From the NCBI GenBank assembly GCA_049968235.1, contig JBMFRC010000009.1, positions 32,001 through 96,000 on the forward strand: a stretch of 64,000 nt of DNA. The letters are read 5' to 3'. How positions within the stretch are numbered: the stretch's first letter is position 1; the number at the start of each line of letters is the position of its first letter. Below are positions 1 through 8,546 of the stretch, one piece after another. Source of the DNA: Candidatus Hydrogenedens sp. (GTDB lineage Bacteria; Hydrogenedentota; Hydrogenedentia; Hydrogenedentales; Hydrogenedentaceae). The notes below the pieces were generated by a model. It was not told the DNA's origin. It worked only from the letters and a program-made list of their open reading frames with translations, and searched no databases. The translations under genes were made by a program, and so were the position numbers.

Positions 1-323
1 GTCGGAATGGAACCTGATGCAGAACCACTTAATTTATCAAATTCTGTTAGGGATGTTTTAATATTCCCACCCGTTGGTTCAGGCACCACAATATCTATAT
101 CACTTATGGGTGGCAGTCCACCTTCAAAATCATCACTCCCCTGTGATTTTTTGAAAGCGTCAGAATCGAAAGAAGATAGCGGTGGAAGTTGACTACTTAT
201 GTCAGAAACTTCCCCTGTATCAAAATCGCTCAAAGGAGGAAGATTTCCTAATCCGGAATCTGCACTGGGAATTTCTTCCTTTTTCTTTTTTTCTTCGGAA
301 GGGTTGTTTTTAAATTCAGCCAT
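1..323 (-). CDS. Hypothetical acidic protein, partial (C-terminal part runs off the window start); repeated LPPLS/LPPIS motifs
   Basis: Complement ORF open from ATG (revcomp of cat at 321-323) to position 1 with no stop. GGAG sits 7-8 nt upstream of the ATG. Translation MAEFKNNPSEEKKKKEEIPSADSGLGNLPPLSDFDTGEVSD... The +strand ORFs 7..192 and 199..441 are antisense to it. Confidence 0.4.
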   Translation of the reverse strand, partial: MAEFKNNPSEEKKKKEEIPSADSGLGNLPPLSDFDTGEVSDISSQLPPLSSFDSDAFKKSQGSDDFEGGLPPISDIDIVVPEPTGGNIKTSLTEFDKLSGSASGSIP

Positions 324-484
324 GTTTCATCTCCATAATTATAATTCGTTTGTAATCTTCTATTTTAGTTTATTTTTAAATTCTATCATTTTTTATATCT
401 TTTGTCAAGAAAATTGTCAACAATTAATAATATATTATTAGTCTATTTTAACAAAAATTGCAATCTATAAACGAATAATTAAAT

Positions 485-907
485 TTAGGGTTTTACTACG
501 CCAATAGTCAACAATATATTTGCATAAAGGCGTTGGTCCCCTGTAACAATTTGCAGACAGGTATCTGATGAGGATGCACAATCATAAAAGTCAAATCTTT
601 CTAATTTAATCAATGATAAATGAGGCAGAGATTGACGAAATGCTTTGTAAATTTCAGGTTCGTCTCCGGTATTCGGTGTCATTACATACGCTTCTTCTAT
701 TTCTACTGCAGTAAGTAAAGTATCAAGAACCTCAGTTACTTTAACGAGTCCCGGAGCTAGGTTCAAGTAGACAGTTTCTGCGGATACCCCTTCTTTTGTA
801 CTGGCAGGGTAATTACCATCTGTGATTAAAATTTTTGAGCCATGACCAGCACCCGCAATAGCGTAAAGAATTTCAGGATGTAAAAGTCTGTGTTTAAGCA
901 TATCCAT
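485..907 (-). CDS. RbsD/FucU family sugar mutarotase (L-fucose mutarotase / D-ribose pyranase-like)
   Basis: 140 aa; aligns along its length to FucU (..AGAGHGSKILITDGNYP.., C-terminal ..TGDQRLYANILLTIGVV resembling FucU GERAKYGNILLKKGV). Confidence 0.75.
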   Translation of the reverse strand: MDMLKHRLLHPEILYAIAGAGHGSKILITDGNYPASTKEGVSAETVYLNLAPGLVKVTEVLDTLLTAVEIEEAYVMTPNTGDEPEIYKAFRQSLPHLSLIKLERFDFYDCASSSDTCLQIVTGDQRLYANILLTIGVVKP

Positions 908-925
908 TCCTTTTATTTTATGGTT

Positions 926-2806
926 TTAGTTTTCAATAGGCATATATGAAGATACTGACAATTTTCCACCTACAGAAATTTTTTGTATCTCTTTTAATAA
1001 TTTTTTGTCTGCAGTTTGTATTCTGGAAGAAATCATTTGATATGTTTTTATATCGCCTAAGGCAAGGGAAGACTGGGCAATATACCACAATGCTTCAATT
1101 CCATAAGGAACGAAGTTCTTCTGTTTTACCAGAAAACTTACGGGTGTTAGATGTTCGATGGATTCATTAAATTTTCCCATATAAAACAAAGTTTTGCCAG
1201 ATGAAAGCCATGTCTCGATTTCTTCTTCATTCATAAAGGAGATTTGCTTCTCTGAAATTCCAGTTTTTTTCTTAATCCTATCATAAGTTTTTATCAATTC
1301 CTGATATTCCCTTTTTGCTCCGGGATAGTTTTTCATTATTTCTTCGTAAGTTACCGCGAGGTTATATCGAACGCGCGTTGTATTGGGATTATAATGCAAT
1401 GTACTGCGGAATATAGTCTCATTATCTTTCCAGTCCTGATTGCGGAGATAGGTTAGATAAAAATAGGATAGGGTTAGAATAATGAGTAAAATATTCATCA
1501 CAGGCAACATATATTTTGTGTGAGAATTTTGAAAGGATAAAGATTTTATAAAATAGTGAATTAATTCAAAAACACACCACCAGAAACCAATCATCGGTGT
1601 ATACATCCAATGTTCTGCCTGGGGTGCGTTCAATGTGAAAAAACCGGAGATAGGAAACCATGTGATTAAAAACCATAGAATACCTGTCAATATCTGATAA
1701 AGGTTATTTTTCCATGCCCAGTAGCCAATAATACCAATAATTATTAAAAAAGAATATCCAGGTAGTGCTGTCCAATAAGGAGTGTTTTCAAGCGTTTGTT
1801 CCATATGTAAGCCAAAAGGAAAAAAAAGAATTCGAATATAAAAGGCGAAAGATTGTCCAATTTCTACAACTTTATCGCTCCATGTTTTTATAATAGAAAC
1901 CGATTTTTCAGAAAAGTTTAATATGGACATTCGAAGTAGAATATAGATTGTAGAAACTATTATAGAAAGTAAAAGGGGAAACCACTTTTTTATCTGATAC
2001 CCTGTTGCCGGCTGAGAATTCTGGATACGGGATGTTAGGGGTATTATGAACAAAATTAAAAGAGGAAAAATATTGCTGGATTCTTTGCTGAGTAGTCCCA
2101 GAGCAAAAAATAATGGACAGGCAATTAAATATAAATTTTTTCGTAATCTTTTTTCTTCCTGTAAATATTGAATGCATGAAAGAACCCCTCCTAAGAGGAA
2201 AACTGCGGACATCATATCTGCTCTACCACTGATATAAGTAACCGCTTCGGTAGGGATGGGATGAACAGCATAAACTACACTTGTCCAGAAAGAGACAAAA
2301 AAAGGTGCTTTTAATTTGCTTAATAGTAAAAATACAAGGATAACTACACACGCATGCCATAGACTATTTGTGATATGGAAAATTAAAGGAGAAATAACAG
2401 GAATTGAAGAATTTTCTTGTTCATGCTTATAGGATAACAGGTAATCTACCATAAAAGAAACAGAAACCAGAGGACGATAAAAATTGCCCTTCCCTCTTCC
2501 GAATGCATGTTGGTCTTCGAGAAAAAGCTGGAAAATTTTCTCAGGATTCTGCACATGTTTATGCATAAGTACTGACGAAGCATCATCCCAGACCCAGTCA
2601 TTATTTAGTGTATTTGCATAAGCGAGAAATGTTATACAGATTAAAAGAAAACAATAAAAAATCTTTTCATATAAGGAAAGAACTATACCTTCTTTTGTTT
2701 GTTCAAAATGGTTACAAGTCTCTTTCGACAAATCATCAGTCATCTTTAAAATGTGTTTTCTAATCGATTTTATTAACCTTTGTTTTTGGGTCCGGGAACA
2801 ACCCAT
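926..2806 (-). CDS. Polytopic membrane protein with C-terminal TPR-like region (PMT/TMTC-like, DUF1736-type glycosyltransferase-like)
   Basis: 626 aa. More than 10 predicted TM helices across the N-terminal two-thirds, followed by a soluble helical repeat region. True start is probably the internal M (MTDDLSK..), because the listed start overlaps the upstream lipoprotein gene by 34 nt. Confidence 0.5.
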   Translation of the reverse strand: MGCSRTQKQRLIKSIRKHILKMTDDLSKETCNHFEQTKEGIVLSLYEKIFYCFLLICITFLAYANTLNNDWVWDDASSVLMHKHVQNPEKIFQLFLEDQHAFGRGKGNFYRPLVSVSFMVDYLLSYKHEQENSSIPVISPLIFHITNSLWHACVVILVFLLLSKLKAPFFVSFWTSVVYAVHPIPTEAVTYISGRADMMSAVFLLGGVLSCIQYLQEEKRLRKNLYLIACPLFFALGLLSKESSNIFPLLILFIIPLTSRIQNSQPATGYQIKKWFPLLLSIIVSTIYILLRMSILNFSEKSVSIIKTWSDKVVEIGQSFAFYIRILFFPFGLHMEQTLENTPYWTALPGYSFLIIIGIIGYWAWKNNLYQILTGILWFLITWFPISGFFTLNAPQAEHWMYTPMIGFWWCVFELIHYFIKSLSFQNSHTKYMLPVMNILLIILTLSYFYLTYLRNQDWKDNETIFRSTLHYNPNTTRVRYNLAVTYEEIMKNYPGAKREYQELIKTYDRIKKKTGISEKQISFMNEEEIETWLSSGKTLFYMGKFNESIEHLTPVSFLVKQKNFVPYGIEALWYIAQSSLALGDIKTYQMISSRIQTADKKLLKEIQKISVGGKLSVSSYMPIEN

Positions 2807-3513
2807 GTATCATTTGCAGGAATGTAAAGTAGCTCGACGGATTGTTGGTCGCCGATTACCCGAACTATACGAAGTTTCGCTGATTCTTTTTGTTTTGTCT
2901 GTGGATTTACAGGCTCATAAAATTCTTCACCTTCACGGACTTTAAAATTTTCTGTTTTATTTGTTTTTGTATCCGTTACAGTAAGGAATACATATAAATC
3001 ATTTTCTGCTTGAAGAAAACCTGTAACTTCGACACGAGGTCGAGAGAGCATAAGTTCTGCCCGTTCTTTTAATCGAGCATATTTCCCATCCGGTGCTGAC
3101 GCGCCAGGCCTCAAAACATCATAAATATTTATTCCAGCGATAACTAATGCCCATCTCTGTTTGTCCCTTGCCTGCCTTATTGTTTCTTCAATGTCCGGCG
3201 CAATTCGACTCATGGCTATTTTGCCATTCTCAATGGCAGAATATTTCGCTTTGATACCGCGGAAATTATTTACAATTGTATCCTGCTGGTCCTGTGGAAG
3301 ACGGCTATTATTCACAACCGCATCTATCCATGGTTGAATTGCAGAACGCATTTCAGATTGTATTTGTTCTGGACTTGGGGGGGGAGGTTCTTGTGGAGGA
3401 GGGGGGGGAGGTGGTGGTTTAGAGCAGTTTATAGTAGAAAGAGAAATAATTCCAATTGTAATAAGTATAAATGCATAAGAAAATCGTTTTAAAGACAGAT
3501 TCCTTTTCTTCAT
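2773..3513 (-). CDS. Lipoprotein with poly-proline linker (hypothetical)
   Basis: Signal peptide plus lipobox-like ..SLSTINC SK.., followed by PPPPPPPPQEPPPPSPEQ. The DNA carries two C8 homopolymer tracts on the coding strand. Confidence 0.5.
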   Translation of the reverse strand: MKKRNLSLKRFSYAFILITIGIISLSTINCSKPPPPPPPPQEPPPPSPEQIQSEMRSAIQPWIDAVVNNSRLPQDQQDTIVNNFRGIKAKYSAIENGKIAMSRIAPDIEETIRQARDKQRWALVIAGINIYDVLRPGASAPDGKYARLKERAELMLSRPRVEVTGFLQAENDLYVFLTVTDTKTNKTENFKVREGEEFYEPVNPQTKQKESAKLRIVRVIGDQQSVELLYIPANDTWVVPGPKNKG

Positions 3514-3733
3514 ATTTTGTCAATCCTCTATTGAAGTTTTTTTCTTCTATTTAATGTTATCATAGAAAAATGTTATATCACAAAATATGAATTGAATTTA
3601 GTAATGAAAGAATTGTATTGGGAATAAATAAACTTAACAAAAAATGATTTTATTATGTATAATTTTGTAAAATCATATGTATTTATAAGTCTTAATTATT
3701 TTTTAATTTAAGATAATTAAAGAAAGGGAACAA

Positions 3734-4666
3734 ATGAGGATTTTAGTTGTTGATGACGATTTCGACTTAGCAGAATTGATAAAGACAAAACTACAAAGTG
3801 AAGGACATCAGGTCGATGTCATAAACACCGGGGAAGGGGCTTTTGAACGGGCGAAAAGTTTTAAGCCTGATGTAGTGCTTCTGGATATCATGCTCCCCGG
3901 TGTGACGGGTTATCAGGTATGTCGTAAAATCCGGAGAGACCCCGAAATTTACAAAACCGCTATACTTATTTTAACAGCATTAGGGGAAGAACCTGAAGTT
4001 TTGCATGGATTGGAACAGGGGGCAGATGATTATCTGGTTAAACCATTTAAATTAGAACGATTAATGGATAAGATTTCATCCTTAGGTGTATTAATAGCCT
4101 CTGTAAATAGTCGAAATCAAATAACAAATTTTCCCGGTACAGATGCAATCAAAAGGGAAATTAACCACAAATTAGCAAGGGGAGAACAAATAGCGGTTAT
4201 ATATATAAACATGACAGGATTTAAACCTTATTGTGTTTCACGGGGTCCGGAAGGACAGAAACGAGCATTAACTTTCCTTTCAGAACTTTTGATAGAGGTT
4301 AAAAAGAGTCTGGGTATATATGAATCTTTTGTGGCACATATGGGAGGAGAACATTTTGTTATATTATTAAATGCTTCGGATGCAGAAAAGTTTTGTGAAG
4401 CCTTAATTTCATATTTTGACCAGAAGAAGAAAGACTTATATACTTCGCAAGAATATGAACATGGATATATTCTCGCAGTAGATAGAAATGGAATGGAAAT
4501 AAAATGCCCGTTGATGGCACTATCGTTAGGGGTTGTACACAACCAATTCCGTCCCTTCCGAAATGCGAAAAAAATGTTTGAAGTCCTTGCACAGGTTCGA
4601 CAAAAAGCTCAGCCTGTAAATGGGAAAAGTGTCTATTTTATAGACCGCAGACATACAGACCGGTAA
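3734..4666 (+). CDS. Response regulator: N-terminal REC domain + C-terminal degenerate GGDEF-like domain (GGEHF)
   Basis: REC signature DD..D (MRILVVDDDFDLAEL..LLDIMLPGVTGY..KPF). C-terminal ..FPGTDAIKREI..VIYINMTGFK..AHMGGEHFVILL.. resembles a GGDEF fold with the signature motif altered. Confidence 0.6.
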   Translation: MRILVVDDDFDLAELIKTKLQSEGHQVDVINTGEGAFERAKSFKPDVVLLDIMLPGVTGYQVCRKIRRDPEIYKTAILILTALGEEPEVLHGLEQGADDYLVKPFKLERLMDKISSLGVLIASVNSRNQITNFPGTDAIKREINHKLARGEQIAVIYINMTGFKPYCVSRGPEGQKRALTFLSELLIEVKKSLGIYESFVAHMGGEHFVILLNASDAEKFCEALISYFDQKKKDLYTSQEYEHGYILAVDRNGMEIKCPLMALSLGVVHNQFRPFRNAKKMFEVLAQVRQKAQPVNGKSVYFIDRRHTDR

Positions 4667-4712
4667 ATAATCTACATATAACTACTAAATACATCAGGAG
4701 AAAACACTTTTT

Positions 4713-5321
4713 GTGTTGAATATCAGAGAAATTCGGGAAGCAGATATAGACAAAGCAGTAGAATCTTTAGTCTATGCTTTTTTTGATGATGGATTGGTTT
4801 GTTATATGTTTCCCGAAGAGAAATTTCGCAAAGAATTTATAACATGGACATATGAGCGTTGGCTTCGACTTTTAATGATATTTAACTCAGTATTTGTAGA
4901 TGAAAATGTCCAAGGTGTTGCAGGTTGTATCCCACCCTCTCTATATCCCCATATCCCTTTTCGCTATATTATGCGGGCAGGATTTTTCCGGGCTATTCCT
5001 AAATTAATATGTCGAAACTTCTGGCGACCTTTGCGTGCCTATTGGGATAATCAGAACAGGACACGAAGTGAAGTAAAAGAACCTGCATGGATTTTGGACA
5101 TTCTGGGAGTTCATCCCTCTGCACAGGGAAAAGGAATTGGTAGTGCTTTGGTTCAGCATGTAATTTCCTGTGCAAATCGGGATAAGGTTCCTGCTTATGT
5201 GATTACTCATAAAGAAAAAAATATTATCTTTTACGAAAAAAATGGGTTCAAACTTCTAAATAAGAAAAATTTCCTCCCTGGGGGTCCTCCCACCTGCTCC
5301 CTGATTTACAAACCTTTCTAA
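4713..5321 (+). CDS. GNAT family N-acetyltransferase
   Basis: Motif A ..LGVHPSAQGKGIGSALVQHV..; GTG start. Confidence 0.6.
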   Translation: MLNIREIREADIDKAVESLVYAFFDDGLVCYMFPEEKFRKEFITWTYERWLRLLMIFNSVFVDENVQGVAGCIPPSLYPHIPFRYIMRAGFFRAIPKLICRNFWRPLRAYWDNQNRTRSEVKEPAWILDILGVHPSAQGKGIGSALVQHVISCANRDKVPAYVITHKEKNIIFYEKNGFKLLNKKNFLPGGPPTCSLIYKPF

Positions 5322-5461
5322 GAATATTTGCGAATTTATTAGACCGCAGAAAAGAAAAAATTTCCTTTGAAAAGGGAAAAAAATATCTTTGTTTTCAAAT
5401 ATGAAAAAAGTGAGTTTGATTAAGTAATTGATTTTTAAGTAGATATGAAAACTTATCTATG

Positions 5462-5477
5462 TGGCATATCATTTGCT
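5462..5477 (+). promoter_or_regulatory. Sigma54 (RpoN)-type -24/-12 promoter upstream of flgB
   Basis: gTGGCATatcaTTTGCT matches the TGGCAC-N5-TTGCW consensus with the exact GG-N10-GC spacing. It lies ~37 nt upstream of the flgB start. Confidence 0.45.
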
Positions 5478-5513
5478 AAATAAAAAAACAAAACCGAAAG
5501 GTAATTACAATAA

Positions 5514-5915
5514 ATGGTCAATGGAATAGGAAAAATAAGTGCCGAAACAATGCTAATTTCTGCAATGAAAGTAGCAGAGATTAATCATCGGTATATTGCT
5601 AATAATATAGCCAATGCGGATACCCCTGGATATACGCAAAAGGAATTAGATTTTCAGAAATCTCTCAACGCCGTATTGCAAGGGCGAGGGGGTATCGTTC
5701 TCCGCACGAACCACCCTCGCCATATCCAGGTAGAAAAAGAAGGAGTTGTTGTAGAAAAGAGAAAGAATGTACTGAAAAACGATTTTAATTCTGTGGACAT
5801 TGATGAACAAATTACAAAACTAACAGAGAATACAGGAAAAGTTACTGTTTATACTGCATTGTTAGCCAAGAGATTTAATCAGTTAACAACCATTATTAAC
5901 GACTTGAAGAGATAA
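5514..5915 (+). CDS. flgB: Flagellar basal-body rod protein FlgB
   Basis: 133 aa; rod-protein N-terminal motif ..NIANADTPGY..; first gene of the flagellar cluster. Confidence 0.85.
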   Translation: MVNGIGKISAETMLISAMKVAEINHRYIANNIANADTPGYTQKELDFQKSLNAVLQGRGGIVLRTNHPRHIQVEKEGVVVEKRKNVLKNDFNSVDIDEQITKLTENTGKVTVYTALLAKRFNQLTTIINDLKR

Positions 5916-5924
5916 GATAATAGT

Positions 5925-6350
5925 ATGCGAGTTGAAGGAATTTCTGCATGGGATATAGCCCTTAGTGGTATACGGGCTCAACGGCTGAGAATGAATATTA
6001 TTTCAAATAATATTGCTAATGCGGAAACAACCCGAACTGAAAAAGGAGGTGGTCCATTTCGCAGGCAGATGGTTCTGTTAAAGGGTTATGAATTAGGCAA
6101 GAATGTAACATCAAAACAAGCAGGAGTAGAAGTAAAGTCTGTAATTTATGATATGTCCCCATTTAAAGAAGTGTATGAACCAGAACATCCCGATGCTAAT
6201 AAACAAGGTATTGTAAAATATCCGAATGTCCAACTTGCGAATGAAATGGCAGACCTTGTGTCTGCACAACGAGCATACGAGGCCAATATTGCGGTTTTTG
6301 TGGCAAATCGGCAAATACGACAAAGAGCATTAGAAATTTTACAAAGATGA
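5925..6350 (+). CDS. flgC: Flagellar basal-body rod protein FlgC
   Basis: 141 aa; ..NIANAETTRT.. plus C-terminal ..QRAYEANIAVF.. Confidence 0.85.
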   Translation: MRVEGISAWDIALSGIRAQRLRMNIISNNIANAETTRTEKGGGPFRRQMVLLKGYELGKNVTSKQAGVEVKSVIYDMSPFKEVYEPEHPDANKQGIVKYPNVQLANEMADLVSAQRAYEANIAVFVANRQIRQRALEILQR

Positions 6351-6439
6351 GTAATATAAGATTTTTTTATGATAAAATAATGATATGATATAGAGTAGAA
6401 ACAAAAAATAAAAAGGAAATAATAACGAGGTAGTATCCC

Positions 6440-6757
6440 GTGGATAATATTGATTCTATTCACCAAATAGGTCCGGTAAAACCTAAAGTAGATATACCCT
6501 CTGTAAGTCCTATTAGGACTACACCGGTTGAAAATAAAACTTCTTTTAAGGATATATTAGTTGATGCTGTATCTGAAGTTCAGAAATTACAGGATGAAGC
6601 AGATACAACTATTAAAAAATTAGTTTCGGGCGAGATAAAAGATGTAACTGAAGTAATGGTGGCGGTTCAACGGGCAGATACTGCTTTTCAAACCCTGATG
6701 GCAGTTCGAAATAAAGTAATAACGGCGTACGAAGAGATAATGCGAATGCAAATTTAG
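6440..6757 (+). CDS. fliE: Flagellar hook-basal body complex protein FliE
   Basis: 105 aa; ..FKDILVDAVSEVQKLQDEAD.. and C-terminal ..VITAYEEIMRMQI typical of FliE; position after flgC. Confidence 0.8.
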   Translation: MDNIDSIHQIGPVKPKVDIPSVSPIRTTPVENKTSFKDILVDAVSEVQKLQDEADTTIKKLVSGEIKDVTEVMVAVQRADTAFQTLMAVRNKVITAYEEIMRMQI

Positions 6758-6859
6758 TATTTGACATGAGGTCAATACCCTGTGATTTGAAAAATCAAAT
6801 CCAGGAAAGAGCGGAGGTAAAAATTGAATAATTTCCCTAAAAAAATTTATTAAAAATTC

Positions 6860-6888
6860 TTGACATGATACACTATATATTGTATTAT
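6860..6888 (+). promoter_or_regulatory. Sigma70-like promoter inside the fliE-fliF gap
   Basis: TTGACA (6860-6865), 17-nt spacer, TATTAT (6883-6888); ~100 nt upstream of fliF. Confidence 0.35.
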
Positions 6889-6988
6889 ATAAACAAAAGT
6901 GATCTATTAGTTTGGTTTTGTTTGTTGTGTTACATTAAAATATATACAATAAGTTGATGAAAAATAAAAAGAAATATATAGTGTATTT

Positions 6989-8545
6989 ATGGAAACGATT
7001 TTACAATTCATAAATGGAATAAGAGAATTCTGGGCTAAGTTAACACTCAGTGCTAAAGTTATTATCGGGGTTTCTTTCTTTATAGTTTTTTTAGGTCTGT
7101 TATTAATTATATTCATTGGAGCACAGCCCCAATATACGGTTTTATCTGCGGGACTTTCGCCTCAAGAGATTTCTAAAATAACAGATGTATTATCCCGTCA
7201 GGGGATTCGATACCAGTTAGGAGACAACAATACAAGTGTATTAGTTCCCGTAAATGAAAGAAGTAATGCACAATTATTACTGGCACAGAGCGACTTGCCT
7301 GTTGGAAGACCTGTTCCTCCGGGCTGGGAATTATTTTCCACAACGGAATTAATGACCAATCAGTGGTTGCAGAATGTAAAATTTATGAGGGCTCTTCAAG
7401 GAGAGATACAAAAGCAGTTAAATGCTTTTGATTTTGTAAATGATAGTTATGTTCTTATCCGTGAAGCAAAAGAAGAGTTATTTGTGTCGGAACAAAAACC
7501 GTCAGAAGCGGCAGTTACGCTTGATATAAATAGACCCCTAACCAAACAGGAAATAAAGGCTATAGTTAGTATTGTAGACCATGCTGGCGGAGCCAATCTT
7601 CACCCTGGGAACATTACCATAGTGAGCACAAAAGGAGATGTTTTATACTTACCTCCCCAGTCTGGATTTGCTTCTCTTGCAAGTTCCAAATTGGAATTAT
7701 TGACCGAATGGGAGAAACAGCGAGAGATGAAAGTAATGAATAAATTGCGGGAATTAGGAGTTCGGGGGACTGTCTCCGTGAGTGCTAAGATAAACTTTGA
7801 TAGTTCTGAAGAGATAGAAGAAAAAGTAAGTGAAGGAACTGAAATAAGCACTTCAACGACAGAGACAAGCAGTGAGACGAACGAAAAACCACCTGAAGGT
7901 GCTCCGGGTGTAGTTGCTAATGTCCCTGAAGCCACAGTTCCTGGGGCTACTTCTACTAAAGAGACGACGACAGAGGAAATTGCAAACTATGAACCCTCTC
8001 GTTTAACGAGAAAAAAGAAGAAAGAAGGAGGAAATGTTGAGAAATTCCTTGTGACTGTTATTGTGGAAGGAGATTATCAAGAAACACAGGATGAGCAGGG
8101 TAATAAGAAGCGAAATTATATAGGTCTTTCCGAAGAGCGGAAGAAGATGTTTCAAGATTTTGTGATGTCTGCAGTAGGTGAAGGAGAAGTCCCCACAGAG
8201 GTATTGGTTTACGACCAGCCTTTTGGCATTTCGGAATTAGAGACCGGAATTCCCAAATCGGAAGAAATGCCATTCCAGTGGAGAACATGGCTGACACCCG
8301 TTACAGTCATTATTCAACTATTCGTTATTTTTGTAGTCTTTCTATTATTAAGGTCGTTTTTAAGGAGTACAGTAGTGGAGAAGAAAGAAATAGAAGAAGA
8401 AGAGGAACCGGTTGAGTTACCGGGTGTTTCCAAAGAAGATTTACGAAGACAAGAAGTGGCTCGGGAAGTGGCTCGGGTATCTATCGAGGAACCCGAAACC
8501 GCAGCTGCTTTAATTCGTTCATGGTTATCAGAAGGAGAAGAGTAA
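6989..8545 (+). CDS. fliF: Flagellar MS-ring protein FliF
   Basis: 518 aa; N-terminal TM, large periplasmic region, second TM near the C-terminus, acidic C-terminal tail; position in the operon. Confidence 0.85.
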   Translation: METILQFINGIREFWAKLTLSAKVIIGVSFFIVFLGLLLIIFIGAQPQYTVLSAGLSPQEISKITDVLSRQGIRYQLGDNNTSVLVPVNERSNAQLLLAQSDLPVGRPVPPGWELFSTTELMTNQWLQNVKFMRALQGEIQKQLNAFDFVNDSYVLIREAKEELFVSEQKPSEAAVTLDINRPLTKQEIKAIVSIVDHAGGANLHPGNITIVSTKGDVLYLPPQSGFASLASSKLELLTEWEKQREMKVMNKLRELGVRGTVSVSAKINFDSSEEIEEKVSEGTEISTSTTETSSETNEKPPEGAPGVVANVPEATVPGATSTKETTTEEIANYEPSRLTRKKKKEGGNVEKFLVTVIVEGDYQETQDEQGNKKRNYIGLSEERKKMFQDFVMSAVGEGEVPTEVLVYDQPFGISELETGIPKSEEMPFQWRTWLTPVTVIIQLFVIFVVFLLLRSFLRSTVVEKKEIEEEEEPVELPGVSKEDLRRQEVAREVARVSIEEPETAAALIRSWLSEGEE

Positions 8546-8546
8546 T

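Noticed and set aside
7-441. +strand ORFs 7..192 and 199..441 from the ORF track
   Set aside because: They are antisense to a better-supported complement ORF (ATG at 323-321 with GGAG RBS, open to the window edge), have no RBS, and show low-complexity translation.
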